A stretch of 62,904 nt of DNA, filler included, from Atractiella rhizophila (GCA_021432655.1; 10 parts of 6 records of this genome joined end to end with filler, not necessarily neighbours in it); one strand, 5' to 3'; positions 37,272-49,317 are shown, counted from the whole stretch's first letter. The notes: generated by a model not told the origin, from the letters alone. Made by a program: numbers and translations.

Positions 37272-38055
37272 CGTACGAAAAGTCGCTAGTAGATCTTAAA
37301 GGCTCGCTCGTGATTCGAGTAGCTGTGCCCAAAAGTTCCAGAATGAGGGTTGCGTTCAAGAAGATACGAAAGGAAGTTGCCAGTACTGAAGAATATTACA
37401 CCGCAGTCCTTAAAGAGGCTCCTCAAGTCCTACAGAGACCTTTCCTTGCAGAGGGATGAACCAGACCCATCCCGTTCCATCCGCCAGGATTGGAAGTAAG
37501 GTGCATTCTCACGATCAGTCCCTACGACTCCTTAGCATCACATCAGCGTCGCACTTGACAGCCACTGCGCTCACTTCGTTATCAAATGCACCAAAGGCTT
37601 TCGATATGCTGGGACTATGTCCCTTGGAACTAGCCCAAGTTTCAGTAATCGCTTTCAGCTGGCTTCAGTCGCTTCCATTATCAATATGTCTTACGAATAA
37701 GGGGAAATACAGACTGATTCGCACTTCCTTTATCCCTATTGTCTATTGTCACTTGCAATCACCTCACAGGCGGGAGCGATGAATTTTGGGAACCGTTCCT
37801 ACGCAGTGCAAGCATTAATTCCTATTAGTCCACCATTGTTGGCATGAGGTAGTGAAGGGTAGTAAGTTTTATTGAGCCAATTGCAAAGATGTTCGAACGA
37901 TGCTAAAACACGAGATAGTCTGCAATGCCCCTGACAGACTTAAACACAAAAAACGCGCCAATTCATGATTTCTTTACAACACCTTCATCTGATAAACGGT
38001 ACTCTCTCTCGCCTTCTGCCGACACGTCCTCTACGGCTTCAAGTCTAATTCCCCA

Positions 38056-38530
38056 TCACGACCCTGGAACAACATTCACGGCTAACAAGCAGACGGACCT
38101 CTTTTCCACATTTATCTCAGTCTCGACATCAACTATCACACCGGCATAACTGGCTTGTAAACCTCCTTCCATTCGCCTTCCTACACTCTGAAGATGGACG
38201 TCTGGTACCGCAGAAACATCACCATTCCGAAACTTTGGAACGATATTGCTGCGTCCAGAGGAGGCACTAGGGCCCGTGTTTTGGCCATGACTTCCTGGAG
38301 CAGCAGATCGAAGGTGCAGCACAATGCGAGAAGCCATCATCGTGGTGAATGTTAGGGCAAGCGGTCCGTTCAAAGCCGGATTGGGTACCGTAGGATGCTA
38401 AGTTTCAGGTTTGCGTCAGTTCAAAGAGAGATCTGTTTGGAAACATGGGGACCTGACTAAAGAATACAGCGATTGTAAACATCACCACCATTCACGCCCA
38501 AGATACCCCTGATGTTATCTGAGATGCTGA
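38056..38530 (-). pseudogene. 3' fragment of a DUF6533-like fungal membrane protein gene
   Basis: NGPLALTFTTMMASRIVLHLR matches the family's last-TM motif. The upstream exon has a stop or frameshift and no clear 5' part is present. Confidence 0.5.
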
Positions 38531-39689
38531 AGCTGGCAGGAAAACGCTTCCTATACTGTATCCAACAATTTCTCGAGCAAGTATACCACTCGTTTTGTTC
38601 GCCTCAACTCTAGGCGTGATGCAGATATCGGATGCACATCCTGCGTTCGTATGGCTCATGGTCATTTTCTGTCTCATCACCAGCTTGAGATACATTCTGG
38701 TACGCCAGCCAGAAAAAAGAGATGCCTTCATTCGTACTCTATGCTGTAAGTTTAAATTCCTCTTAAGACTAAGCTGAATTTGTTGAGAACAGGTTTGGTT
38801 GAGCTTACTGCATTGCAGTCTGAGCTCGCTCAAGGACGACATTCTGTCAAACGGCTTGACCATGGGGACAGACCTGCTCCAGTTTTAATTGTTCAGCGAG
38901 CTTTAAGCATGTGCCATTAGACATCGTCTTGCAGTTCAATACACCCTCAACTTTGTCCGGATGAGTTAGATGTCTTATTATTTCTTGGTTTACACATCAG
39001 TCGGTAGAATGTGTGTTTCTGTCCTCAACTTCACCTGCTTCGTATCATCAATGTTGTTCTTTTACGGATCGAAGCAGTTCTTCATCTGGCAAGTTTCTCA
39101 AAAGCATTATTCACTTTTCCACGAAGAATAATGAACTCAAACATGTCTACCATTGCGGACAGAGGAACGGCGGAATGAGGAAACGTTTCAATGGCAATCA
39201 TCATATACTCTATACAGCATGTGTCTCTGAATCACACTAAAATCAGATTCGAAAAACGGTCCAGCCTGTGATAATGGCTGACGTGAATCTGGACTGAGAA
39301 TGCACTGACATTTGAATTGTCTGGCAAGACATTGACAAAACCTTCCCATACGATATCTCCCCGAAGCATGCTACCAGCAGGGTGCTGATGAAATTTACAA
39401 GTTCATGGTATTATGATAAAGAATCTAGTGCTTTTATACCTTTACAGTAAGCGGCAAACATTGGTAAGCATGGAAGTCCAGAAAGTTCAAGAAAAACAGC
39501 CACAGAACTGGCGGCAATGAATGATGCTCAACGCGCCAAAATCCTGACAGGTGCTAGATATACTTTTCATTACGCTGAAAGTTTGCACGTTATCCCCATC
39601 CGTATTCATGCCAACTCATTTGGGGCTCTCGTGCGTCGGCTCGGCTCGGATCTCGTGAGGGAATAGACACTACAACATTCCTGTAGCCA

Positions 39690-41071
39690 GTGAAGTTGCT
39701 GTAGTGATGGTAGGAGACGGTAACAGAGAAGAATATGGAGTGGCCAGAGATATTGTCATCCAGATCAGGGCAACCACGACCGGTAGCAACTTACAGCGTG
39801 TCAATGAGCTCAACTCAAATTATCTTCCACTTCGTTTTCCTCTTCTGTTTCTATATGGGGACCAAGGATGGCATCCGCAGATTCCGTTTCGAGACCTGCC
39901 TGCAGATCTTCCTCCTCGCTCGCGAGAGCACTTCAATGATGACGGCATGCAGGTTGGTAATTCTGGGGTTCGACAACATGTCAGCCAAATGGAGTTCTAT
40001 TCTTACATGTTGCATCAACGAAATGATATATTCTCACTCCCTCTCTACGGTGGTCGGTTACTGCAAGAATTGGTAGTCGATACTTATGCTCAAATTGAGG
40101 CGAATCGACTCAGCTATCTGCGGTTCAATCAGTCTATTCTTCGAGCTGAGGGGTATCAACGTCTTACAGATGCCCTTATAGAAGGCTATTCTTTAGAAGA
40201 TATCGGGAGGCGGACTATATTACCATCAAGTTTCACTGGCGGTCGCAATGAGTATAGTTGGTGCCAAAGGACCCCCAAATATCCTTACAACCTTCACTTT
40301 CAACCCACACTGAGCAGAGATCACTGAAGCCCTCCTACCAGGACAAAAACCAGAGGATCGACCAGATTTGGTTTCAAGGTTTTTCAACTGAAGGCTCCAA
40401 GACAGCTACACCCATCATTCTTCTGTGAACAATCCATCTGCTGGCCTGTGCAACGGCACGCGGCTCATTGTCACTCAGCTTCTCCGACGAGTCATCGAAG
40501 CAACCATCATTACAGGTGCACACAGTGGCAAATCAGTTCTCATTCCTCGAATCGGCATTGACGGTGCAGTATCAAACCCGCTTCCTTTTCAATTCCTGCG
40601 CTTTCAATTCCCTGCGCGCTTAGCGTTTGCCTTAACTCTGAATAAAGTGCAAGGACAATCTGTTGGACATGTGGGTTTATACTTAGAGTCTTCTCCTTTC
40701 TCTCATGGGCAGCTTTATGTTGGTCTTTCACGGTTTCAAATGTGAACAATTTACGAGTATTGGTCAAAACAAAGCAAGAAGAGGAAAACAAGCAAACAGA
40801 TAATGTAGTTTACAAAGAAGTGTTACGAGCACTCAATCACTGATCATCTCTCAGCATGTTCCTAACAGTATAGTCAAAAGCTAAAGTGGTTCTCCGAGGT
40901 ATGAGGAGACCACTCAGCATTGCATTGTTTTTTGAAGACAGTAGAGTACATATGGTGAGTCTGTGCTCACTGAAGGCGAGGCCCACGCAGTGGCCGCCAG
41001 AGGCTGGGGTCCAAGGGGCAAAGCCCCTGGTGGGAGGGGATGCCCGAGGGACGAGGCCACTGACACACTTG
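39690..41071 (+). mobile_element. Internally deleted Helitron: Rep N-terminal part joined to PIF1-helicase C-terminus; 3' hairpin and CTTG terminus (5' end not located)
   Basis: YLPLRFPLLFLYGDQGWH, GRLLQELVVDTYAQIEANRLSYLRFNQSILRAE, ILPSSFTGG and PEDRPDLVSRFFQLK (Helitron_like_N) are followed directly by GLCNGTRL, FPARLAFALTLNKVQGQS, FSHGQLYVGLSR and NVVYKEVL. Frameshifted. CTTG at 41068-41071 is followed by T. Confidence 0.92.
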
Positions 41072-41407
41072 TGAAGAGAGAAAGAAAGGGGATAAAAACA
41101 ATAACATACCTTTACCCAAGGAAGGTTTCAACTTGATCGTTCTGAGAAGTGCCCTATGCTGCACCAACGCTCATGTCCCCTGTCAGATCCAAGTTCATTT
41201 TACTCCAGCTACGGACTTCTCGTGGGCACCTCCCTCGCCATCGCTTTCTTCCCTCTCCCATTGACTGCGTCGAACTGGTTGCAAAACTAGTTGAAGACCA
41301 TCGCCTGCGTTGTTTCGTAGCTGAGGAATAAAGCGGACAACAGGTGCATGATAACTTTGAGGAGGTCGAGACTCCCCGCTTTTACTGATGTCTAAATTAT
41401 CCATCAT

Positions 41408-42252
41408 CTACAGCAGAAACAACCTCATTTTACCGCCCACGACGTCAAATTTCACCCTATTGCCAAGGCATAAGCTCGGCCAGAGCAAAGAAGGTGAACT
41501 TTGCTAACTCACTTTGATAGATCGTCAACGACCCAATCTCCGCCAGCTTCTTTCACCTCTTCCCTCAGATGTCTTGTCACCAACGCAAGGACCTTTGTGC
41601 CAGCTGCCTTTCCACTCCGAACGCCATTTGGGGCATCTTCGACAGCCACACCTGCTCTCTCCTATAATGAGCATGATGTATGCGAAGAAACAGGAGAAGA
41701 AAACATACAAGAGGAGGCGGAAAGGGAGAGAGACGAAGCTCCTTGTAAATAAGGGTCTGGGCTATCGTGTTTTGTGGGGTGAGACGGATTGAGAGAACAT
41801 TAACATGGGGAAGGAAGAAAAGGGGAGAACGAACTTTGGTTTACCCTGTGCAACCGTGTCTGCCGTCACAAAGACGTCAGGTTTGGGCAGACCCACCGCC
41901 TGTAGAGCAGCACTGGCATATTTCGTGGTGCCTGGAATGCAGTCACATTATTTAGTTAGTGACCCTGAAAAAGGAGGAGTCAAAAGGGACATACCTGAGG
42001 TACAAACAGCCCATTTCCCTGCTAAGCAGGCCTTGACAGCTTCTGCAGCTCCCTGTATTACTTGCAGTCTGAGACTGTGAGGAGGGGAGCCGAAACGAAT
42101 GATGTTGAGCTCGAACCGTTCAGCTTCTGCCTCAGCCTCCGAATAAGCGCCAGCAGGAAGGTCAACATTTCAATGTGTTGGGAAGAGGATCGAGGAAGAG
42201 CGGACCTGTACTTCTTCAGGGTTGGTGAGTCTGAAGTATTTCTAATTGGATG
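41408..42252 (-). CDS. HAD-superfamily phosphatase (GPP1/DOG1-like), 5' part cut off by a Helitron end and the contig break
   Basis: Spliced KWAVCTSG, PDVFVTADTVAQGKP, PDPYLQGA, VAVEDAPNGVRSGKAAG and DWVVDDLSK are HAD motifs II-IV. TAG at 41408. Confidence 0.85.
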
Positions 42253-42262
42253 TTTTGGGTTA

Positions 42263-42370
42263 CAAGCTGGGTGAGCCCTCGTCCCTCGGGTTGACTACAT
42301 CGAGTTTCCCGCTGTTCAATAAAAAAGTGGTTGACTATGCTGTTAGGAGGGATGCTGAGAGATATTCAGC
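42263..42370 (-). mobile_element. 3' end of a second Helitron copy
   Basis: Minus strand ATCTCTCAGCATCCCTCCTAACAGCATAGTCAA matches 40847-40878, just after the helicase stop. It ends CCCGAGGGACGAGGGCTCACCCAGCTTG|T. Confidence 0.8.
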
Positions 42371-42780
42371 NNNNNNNNNNNNNNNNNNNNNNNNNNNNNN
42401 NNNNNNNNNNNNNNTTAATTAATTAANNNNNNNNNNNNNNNNNNNNNNNNNNNNNNNNNNNNNNNNNNNNTGCATCCTAAGCTCTCAGGGAAGTATTGTG
42501 CGAAATTTGGCAATGGAGAACCGTGCTGTGTGGAGGAGATTAAAGTCATGGTGGTGCTACTGGGGTAGAATGGATGGTATTTGATGTTGAAGGCTCTGAT
42601 GTGGTGAGTACGATTGCTGCATCGGTTCAGGGTCCTGTGTGTGAAAGAATGGTGTTTTTGCTGTTGGGACGGACAGTCCAAAGTTGACCAGTGACGGAAT
42701 TTGTTTTGCTGAAGCACTGGCGGCGGCTGGATGGTCTGATGGACCGGCATGTCGTGCTACCATCTCAGTTAGCATGAGTT

Positions 42781-43765
42781 TCAAAGGATTGAGAAGAACA
42801 CACCAGATTTCTGCTTCTGCTTCTGACTCTGAGCTTCTTCCTTCTCTTTCCTCTTTGCTTCCCTTGCATTAGCTTTCTCCACTTTTTCTCGTTCCTTCTC
42901 CGCTTTCTTCTGCGCCGTCTCTGCTTTCTTCCTAGCTGCCTCAGCTTTCTTCCTCTCTCCTTCCTTTGCCTTCTCCTCCGCTGCTTTTTCAACCTCTAAC
43001 ATTTCTCCCAGGCATCTGAGCCACTCAACAATCGAGCTGTGGTAGTCAATTCAGTCTTCTTGGCAGATTTTGTCTTCGAAGCAACCGTGTGACGCAACTG
43101 CCCAATCTTCCGGCCCATCATCACAACTGACGTCCTCAACCTCCCCTCTTCAAACTGAGTCCTCGCGTGTGCGTTATCCAAAGCTGACAAGGCTCCATAG
43201 AGCAGCCTGGAGTCGCTTTTGACGGATAGCTGGATGATCTTACCGTGTTGATCACGGAAGACCGTACGAGGTTTTTTTGGGTAGAAGTGAGCCGGAGTGA
43301 TGGGAGTGTGCAGGGTTACTGTTAGAGAGCTCCGAGCTGGGGGATCGGTCAGTGGAGGTTGTGGTGGGTCGGGTCCTGGAATGCTGGCTTGAGGTTCGGA
43401 TCGATGTAGGGGGCAGGCCGGAAGTGTAACAGGAGTAGGTGCTTGTTCGTAAGGGAGGCAGGTTGTTGGGTCAATGAGATAGAATCCATGCTCAATTGTG
43501 GGAGGTTCCTCTGGATTGGATGGGTGATCAGAGTCGTCATCGTTGTCAGAATGGCTGGATGAGCTGGTGAGGGCAAGTTCGAGGTCCGGAGGAATACAAT
43601 CTGGCAACTGTGTTCTAGACGAGGTTTGACCGGCAGGAGCAAAGTCGGCTTCCGCAAAGTGATTTCGACTCACAAATTCCCTTCCGGAGTGGTCATGGAC
43701 TAAGAGTCCGGTAGCTGCCCAAGCACTGACAATTGTTGAAGCCTTCATTCCTTCATCACGACACC
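42781..43765 (-). mobile_element. pogo/Fot1-like transposase C-terminal relic, frameshifted
   Basis: TIVSAWAATGL followed later by TTARLLSG and a Lys/Glu coiled-coil tail is typical of the post-DDE region of fungal pogo transposases. Confidence 0.5.
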
Positions 43766-43865
43766 NNNNNNNNNNNNNNNNNNNNNNNNNNNNNNNNNNN
43801 NNNNNNNNNTTAATTAATTAANNNNNNNNNNNNNNNNNNNNNNNNNNNNNNNNNNNNNNNNNNNN

Positions 43866-44277
43866 ACGAGGCATCGTGGCGTGGGAGCGGTGCAAATGTG
43901 AGCTCGATGTCCAATTTTTATTTGGCAGCAGTAGCACTGAGGGAGAGGGGGACGATACTTTTCAACTTTTGTGAATTGAACCTGAGAGGGCACAACCATG
44001 GACGAGGACATGATCTGCGTCGCGCTCTGGGAAAACATGGACAACAACAGATGAATGAGACTTTGATGGATCGGAGGCAGCTTTAGGATTAAGCCATTGG
44101 GCATGAGAGGACCAGTGATTCCTGTTGTCCAGTGATTCCCTATTATAATCGAAGATTCGAAGGTTGTTTTTGATGGGGACTCCATGGATGATGACTGGAA
44201 AATTCTTCATATAGACATCAAAAGATTATGAGAATCGTGGGAGCCATCTTGAAGAGTTGAGATAGAAGAGGGCTGCC
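43866..44277 (-). mobile_element. LINE (Tad1-like) ORF1/gag fragment
   Basis: FPVIIHGVP…WL…SHSSVVVH, then after a frameshift KVEKYRPPLPQCYCCQIKIGHRAHIC (degenerate CCHC knuckle). Confidence 0.8.
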
Positions 44278-44959
44278 TGTTAGGGTTGACCCTATGTACG
44301 GTCGCTGACAGGCGATACATCTGTACCGGAGCTAAACCTGAGAGCATGATATGACATGAGAAGACTAACCTGTAGTGGAGATAAACCTAAGAGAATGTCA
44401 GGATTTGAGCGCGTCCGTTGCCACCGTGCGGCGCACTTATACGTGAACATTCTAGACTGGAGGTAAACCTAAGAGAATACTCTAAGGTCACCACCACTAC
44501 ATCTCTATGTATATATACATATGTAAAGGCACTGCCATAAACTGTAACGTATGTTTCTTGAAACACGTAAGATAACTGGAACAGGAAAGTAATAAGGGGA
44601 ATACTCAGAAATAAGATATACTGAGCGGCAATAGTGAGAAAGTATAATAAGGCAATAATGGAGACGATGCAGACCGACGAAATTTGTAAGGCTTGCTGAG
44701 CAGCAATTCGTGTGAGAAAGGGGAAAGCTGCTGACAGCGCAGGCATGAGCAAAGCGGCGATGGGTGAGAACGTGATCTCATGATGTAGTAAAGTTAGGTC
44801 ACATGACTTCGGAGGGGAGGGAGATGGTGGAAGAACCTGGAAAGAATTTTCGTCCAAACTAGCCGCGAACCTTAATCTTAAAATTCCGTGACTCACACAC
44901 ACTAGTTAGAAATTTGGGGGGTGTTGTCAGGCTTGCCCCTACATATTACCGAAATGCAC
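44278..44959 (-). repeat. LTR copy 1 (3' LTR of a minus-strand element); its outer end and PPT lie in an inverted segment 44816-44959
   Basis: Starts TGTTAGGG at 44278 and aligns with 47227-47681. The missing terminal 35 bp appear inverted at 44925-44959, preceded by PPT-like AATTTGGGGGGTGT. Confidence 0.8.
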
Positions 44960-45172
44960 ATTCCTCTTCTTCTCATAAAATAACGACTGACGCTCAACTT
45001 TTCGACTTCGTCCTGGTGAACAAGGATAGGAAAAAGAACACTGTTTATTGGGACGTGGAAAAGGCAAAAGAGGTAAATTTCGGGTGATTCGCCGATGTGT
45101 TGGAGTGGGGGAGAAGATGCTATCCCTTGTACATCAAATTTTGTAATAAGGTACAAGCAGAGGTGAGCTTTC

Positions 45173-46553
45173 TTGTCTTGTATAGTGTGGCTGGGTGTGT
45201 GTGGTAACCCATCGGTGGTGAAAAAGGTGCGATCGGTTTATGAGTCTGCAAAAGAGTTTTGTGATGGACGCGTTTTGTCGTTCCTGCTGCGGATGTCTGT
45301 GGAAGACATGCAGGTCTTGCGGAATGAACTTCGGCTTTGGGTTGAACAAGCGGCACTCGTCGAGGAAGAAGCGGCTAAATTCGGGTTTCAGCGCTCTGAA
45401 TCGGCGAATTGGGACCCCGTTTTGCGAAGGAAGGAACGAGAACTTTTCTTGTTTGACACGAAAAACGTCTGGCGAAGGAGGAGGAGGAGCGAAAACGGGC
45501 GGCGCTTGAAAATAAGCGTTGAGCGGCGGAGGAAAATTTACGCGCTCAAAAATCGATTTCAGCGGCGAAGGGACCTGAGGTTGGGGTCATGAGGGCGTTG
45601 TCCGACCATCTGGCGACTGCGACTACTTTTGTTCTGCCTGCTGCGTTGGGGGACCGAAATCCGTTCGCCAGTGCGCCAGTCGCCGAATTCATAGTGCACG
45701 ACGGGAAGGTTTGAATCGGCGATAAGGATTTGGATGCGGCGACATACTGGTACTTCTGGTCAGGTACTCGTGAGGCTTATTCCCACGCTGCAGCGAACAT
45801 CAATCTGGGCGAGTTGGATCTCGAATTGGTTATCACGACTCCTCAGGCCAATCCGCGAATTCTTCCCACGTTGGCAAGCATCGGCAGTGCTGTAGCAATT
45901 GTACTGGAAAGGTTCGTGCGGCGCCTGTCAAAGCGGCGAAAAAGAAGGCCAATGGTGACAACGACTCGCAGGTGTGCAACTTCTCTGCTGGGTATGTCAC
46001 AACCGCGTTCGGTCGGGTCTGTTCGTGTTGTCACAGTTCGCGAAAGAGGTGTGAGGTCTTGCCTTTGGGATATTTGTGGGAACTCTCCATGCTAGTCGTA
46101 ATGTCGACTACATTCCATCCTAAACGCATCGGCGACGGGAAAAAACGTCCATCGGCTTTCGTTGAAAGTAATTATGAGAACATTTCAGACGCCGACGAGG
46201 ATTCTCCCTCGCAATCGATGCTGAGCGCCGCCTGGGTGTACTCTGAGGCATTCAGCCTGGAAATTCGCACAAACCAGGTTAGCAGCCGCCAAATTGAATG
46301 CACAAGCGGCGGCCAATGCTCTTAAGGCCGCTGAGTTGCAGATGGAATTGTATAAAAGGAGGCAGGATGATCGAGCCGTGGAGGATGGGGCTAGTGAGGG
46401 TTCAGCTGTGGAAGGTGTGATCACCGATGTGACCGGTAGGGTGAGTTTATCCATTTTTTGGCGATCGCTCTGACTATCCAGATGTTGTTTAGGCATCGTA
46501 GGGCACCTAACCCGTCGCCAGCTGCAAAAAAGGCGTCGTACAGGCGAAATTGA
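45173..46553 (+). pseudogene. Degenerate ORF between the LTRs with a Zn-cluster-like six-Cys motif; no gag/pol similarity seen
   Basis: CSNC-x24-C-x14-CSCC-x6-C at ~45885-46055; frameshifts and stops elsewhere. Confidence 0.45.
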
Positions 46554-47226
46554 GTTTCAATTGGGAGACTTAAACCCTTCGTTGGCCCAAGAGGCCTATG
46601 ATAATTCCAATTATGATGCATATTCCGTTTCTTCTTCGAGTAGTAGCGATAGTAAGGAGTCTGTCCAGAGTGGTGATTTTGATCTCTAAAATGTATGTGT
46701 TTTGCATCTCCGTATTAGCGGCGAATTGCCCGGCGGCGACAAATGTAAATTTCGTCAGAGTGGCACAAGGGATTGTAGTGAGTGGGGAGAACAATGGCAA
46801 AGTGGGTGATGCAGGACTCAGACTCCCCTGTCTACGGGAGGACCCTCAGGCGTTCCTCCCAATAGCTACCCAAGCTTATTTTGGAGCTCACAACCAAATA
46901 GGCCGGGCCGCGCGCTCGTGGACACAACGCGCAGTATAACTTGTCGGCAGTTTGCATACTTGTCGCCGGTCTGTCTCCTTTGTGGGATAATGTGTTGTCA
47001 AGCGAACATGGACAAACAGAAAGGTAAAAGGCAAAAATAGGACACTATAAAGATTGAGACCAAAACAGAGTGTAGGATGAAGGGAAGTGTTATGTACCTC
47101 TCAATTGAGGGATTTTTGAAATTTGACCGGTGTTGTTTTGGTGCAATAAGCAGCCGTTTTGCGAAAATGGGGTGAGTGACTCACCAACAAACTGGTCGCC
47201 TAGACCTATGTTCAACAATGTGATGA

Positions 47227-47716
47227 TGTTAGGGCAAACACTATGTGCGGTCGCCGACGGGCGATGCGTCTGTAGTGGAGGTAAACCTAAAGGAATAGTA
47301 TGGCAAAAGAAGACTAACCTGTAGTGGAGGTAAACCTAAGAGAATACTCTGAGGTCACCACCACTACATCTCTATGGATATATACATATGCAAAGGCACT
47401 GCCATAAACTGTAACATACATTTCTTGAAACATGTAAGATAGCTAGATCAGGAAAGCAATAAAGGGAATACTCGGAAGTAAGACACACTGAGCAGTACAA
47501 GTGAGAAAGGATAATAAGGCAATAATGGAGACGATGCAGACCGGCGAAATGTCTAAGGTTTGCTGAGCGGCGATTCGTGTGAGATAGGGGAAAGCAGCAG
47601 TCAGCTCAAATGCGAGCAAAGCAGCGATGGGTAGGCACGTGATCCTATGACGTGGTAAAGTAGGTCACGTGACTTCAGATGGTGCATTTCGGTAATGCAT
47701 AGGGGCAAGCCTGACA
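47227..47716 (-). repeat. LTR copy 2 (490 bp, TG…CA)
   Basis: TGTTAGG…CCTGACA short inverted termini; diverged direct repeat of copy 1. No matching TSD found. Confidence 0.85.
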
Positions 47717-47719
47717 AGC

Positions 47720-48215
47720 ACAAAATTGCTGCTTCTCCTAATGAATTCCCATACTGCCAAAACTGCCTGCGGATTGCTTAACAGACGACTGAGTGATCTG
47801 AACTGGATGTCCTTCCTCCTTAACCTGAGTTGGAGTTTCTTCCTTTCTGCTTCATGTTCTTCACATTCAAAGAATAGATGGGAAACTGCAGTGGTCATTG
47901 TTGACTCTAATCCTGTGAAGGTAGTTGCCATTAGAGACATGTCCTGATCGGAGCTGTACAAAGATGGACGCCTGTGCTCTTGGTATTGCGGATAGCATGT
48001 CATATGTATCGTCGGGTGAGAGGCTCCTTGAGATAGCTCGGTGGTGTTTACCGGTGGATGTGGAGGTAACCGTTCGTTGATAAGAATACCGAAGTCGTGA
48101 TAGTTGCTTTTAAAGTGGAAGGGCTCCTTAGAAGCTTGTGAGTTCCCATGGCGCCCTTAAGTTGGCGGCTGCGTTAGCGGCTGTATCTGCAAGCTCGTTT
48201 CCTTTGACTACTTGA
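47720..48215 (-). mobile_element. LINE ORF2 3' fragment (RNase H end and C-terminal Cys/His region)
   Basis: KGNELADTAANAAA (RNase H) and VSHLFFECEEHEAERKKL…SLSRLLSNPQAVLAVWEFIRRS. Confidence 0.8.
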
Positions 48216-48276
48216 GCACTGAGCTGGCCCTGCAAGTTTCCAGGGCATCATTGCTGGCTCACCAAACGTTACGGAC

Positions 48277-48825
48277 GTGCACATGGACATATTTTGGAAT
48301 GAAGAGGAAGCGAAGGTTGTTTTGAATGTGATCGAAGGCTTGACGAGACTGTATTACATGATATTTGATGGGCAAGGTTCGAGAAAGTGGAAAAAGGACG
48401 AAATCGAGAATTTTATGCAGAGGATGGGTGACAGAAACAGATTCTTGTGTGCTTATGACATGGAAGACTCTGCCTCTTCGACATCGCCATGCCTTCAATT
48501 ATCACCTAACCTCAAAAGACTAGTGCTTCACACATACCCGCCTCTCCCATCACTCTCCCTCCCACACAATCTCATGGGTTTGCATCTCTCCAATCTATGT
48601 CCCCTCCATCGCACCATCTCAGGCTCCTGTCTACCACCTCTTTTAGATTATCTCCATATCAGGCTCCATCCCTACTCGCCTGATGGACAGATCTCCATCC
48701 TACCCACTCCACTCAACCTATCACACCTCAAACATCTCACATACCTCGAACTCGACGGCAGTGAGGAAACCTCAAACCTCATTCCCCCCAGTTCTTTCAC
48801 ACCCTCAGAAATGCAAAAGCAATAA
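48277..48825 (+). pseudogene. LRR-like gene fragment (F-box/LRR family relic)
   Basis: LSPNLKRLVL, LPHNLMGLHL and LSHLKHLTYLEL repeats; truncated and embedded among TE relics. Confidence 0.4.
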
Positions 48826-49317
48826 AATCCATAGTATATGAGACTCTACTGCTAAGAGCGAGTTCCTTTAGCTCGACTAGAGCGAGAACTAAGAGGCTCA
48901 ATCAATAAATGAGAGCTTAAACGAAAATGAGAGACAGGAACCAGCTTATACTAGCCACACTGAAGTGTAGGGCCGCTTATCAAGCTATTTGGTCTCAGAA
49001 TAAAGACAATGGATCTTACAGGGGCGCTTCTACAGCCCAGGGAACTTACCTCGATTCTTACCGTGCTTTTTGCTGTGAGTGTGAAGTAAGATGATGAGGA
49101 ATAAGATGAATTTACATTAATAAGTGAGGCCTCTTTTATAGGCCAATGAATCGGATAAAAGATCAACCAAAATTGCGGGAAAACCCGTAATACATGAGTA
49201 GATAGAAATATAGAATAATCGAAAAGCATGGAATGAAGAGGAAGCTCAAGGAAATCAAACGAGGCTCACCAGGGCATCGACGGATCTTGCCTTCCAGCTT
49301 CTGGATAAGGCTAAGCT

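Noticed and set aside
41043..42290. 14-bp inverted repeat as TIRs of a transposon carrying the HAD gene
   Set aside because: Better explained as two convergent Helitron 3' ends; a third copy occurs at 29454-29467 and no TSD is present.
44360..44500. TGTAGTGG…CCACTACA units as DIRS/Ngaro split repeats
   Set aside because: They lie inside a TG…CA LTR with a PPT, and no tyrosine recombinase is visible.
44387..44902. 171-aa hydrophobic ORF on the minus strand
   Set aside because: It is almost entirely LTR sequence and crosses the inversion breakpoint; likely spurious.
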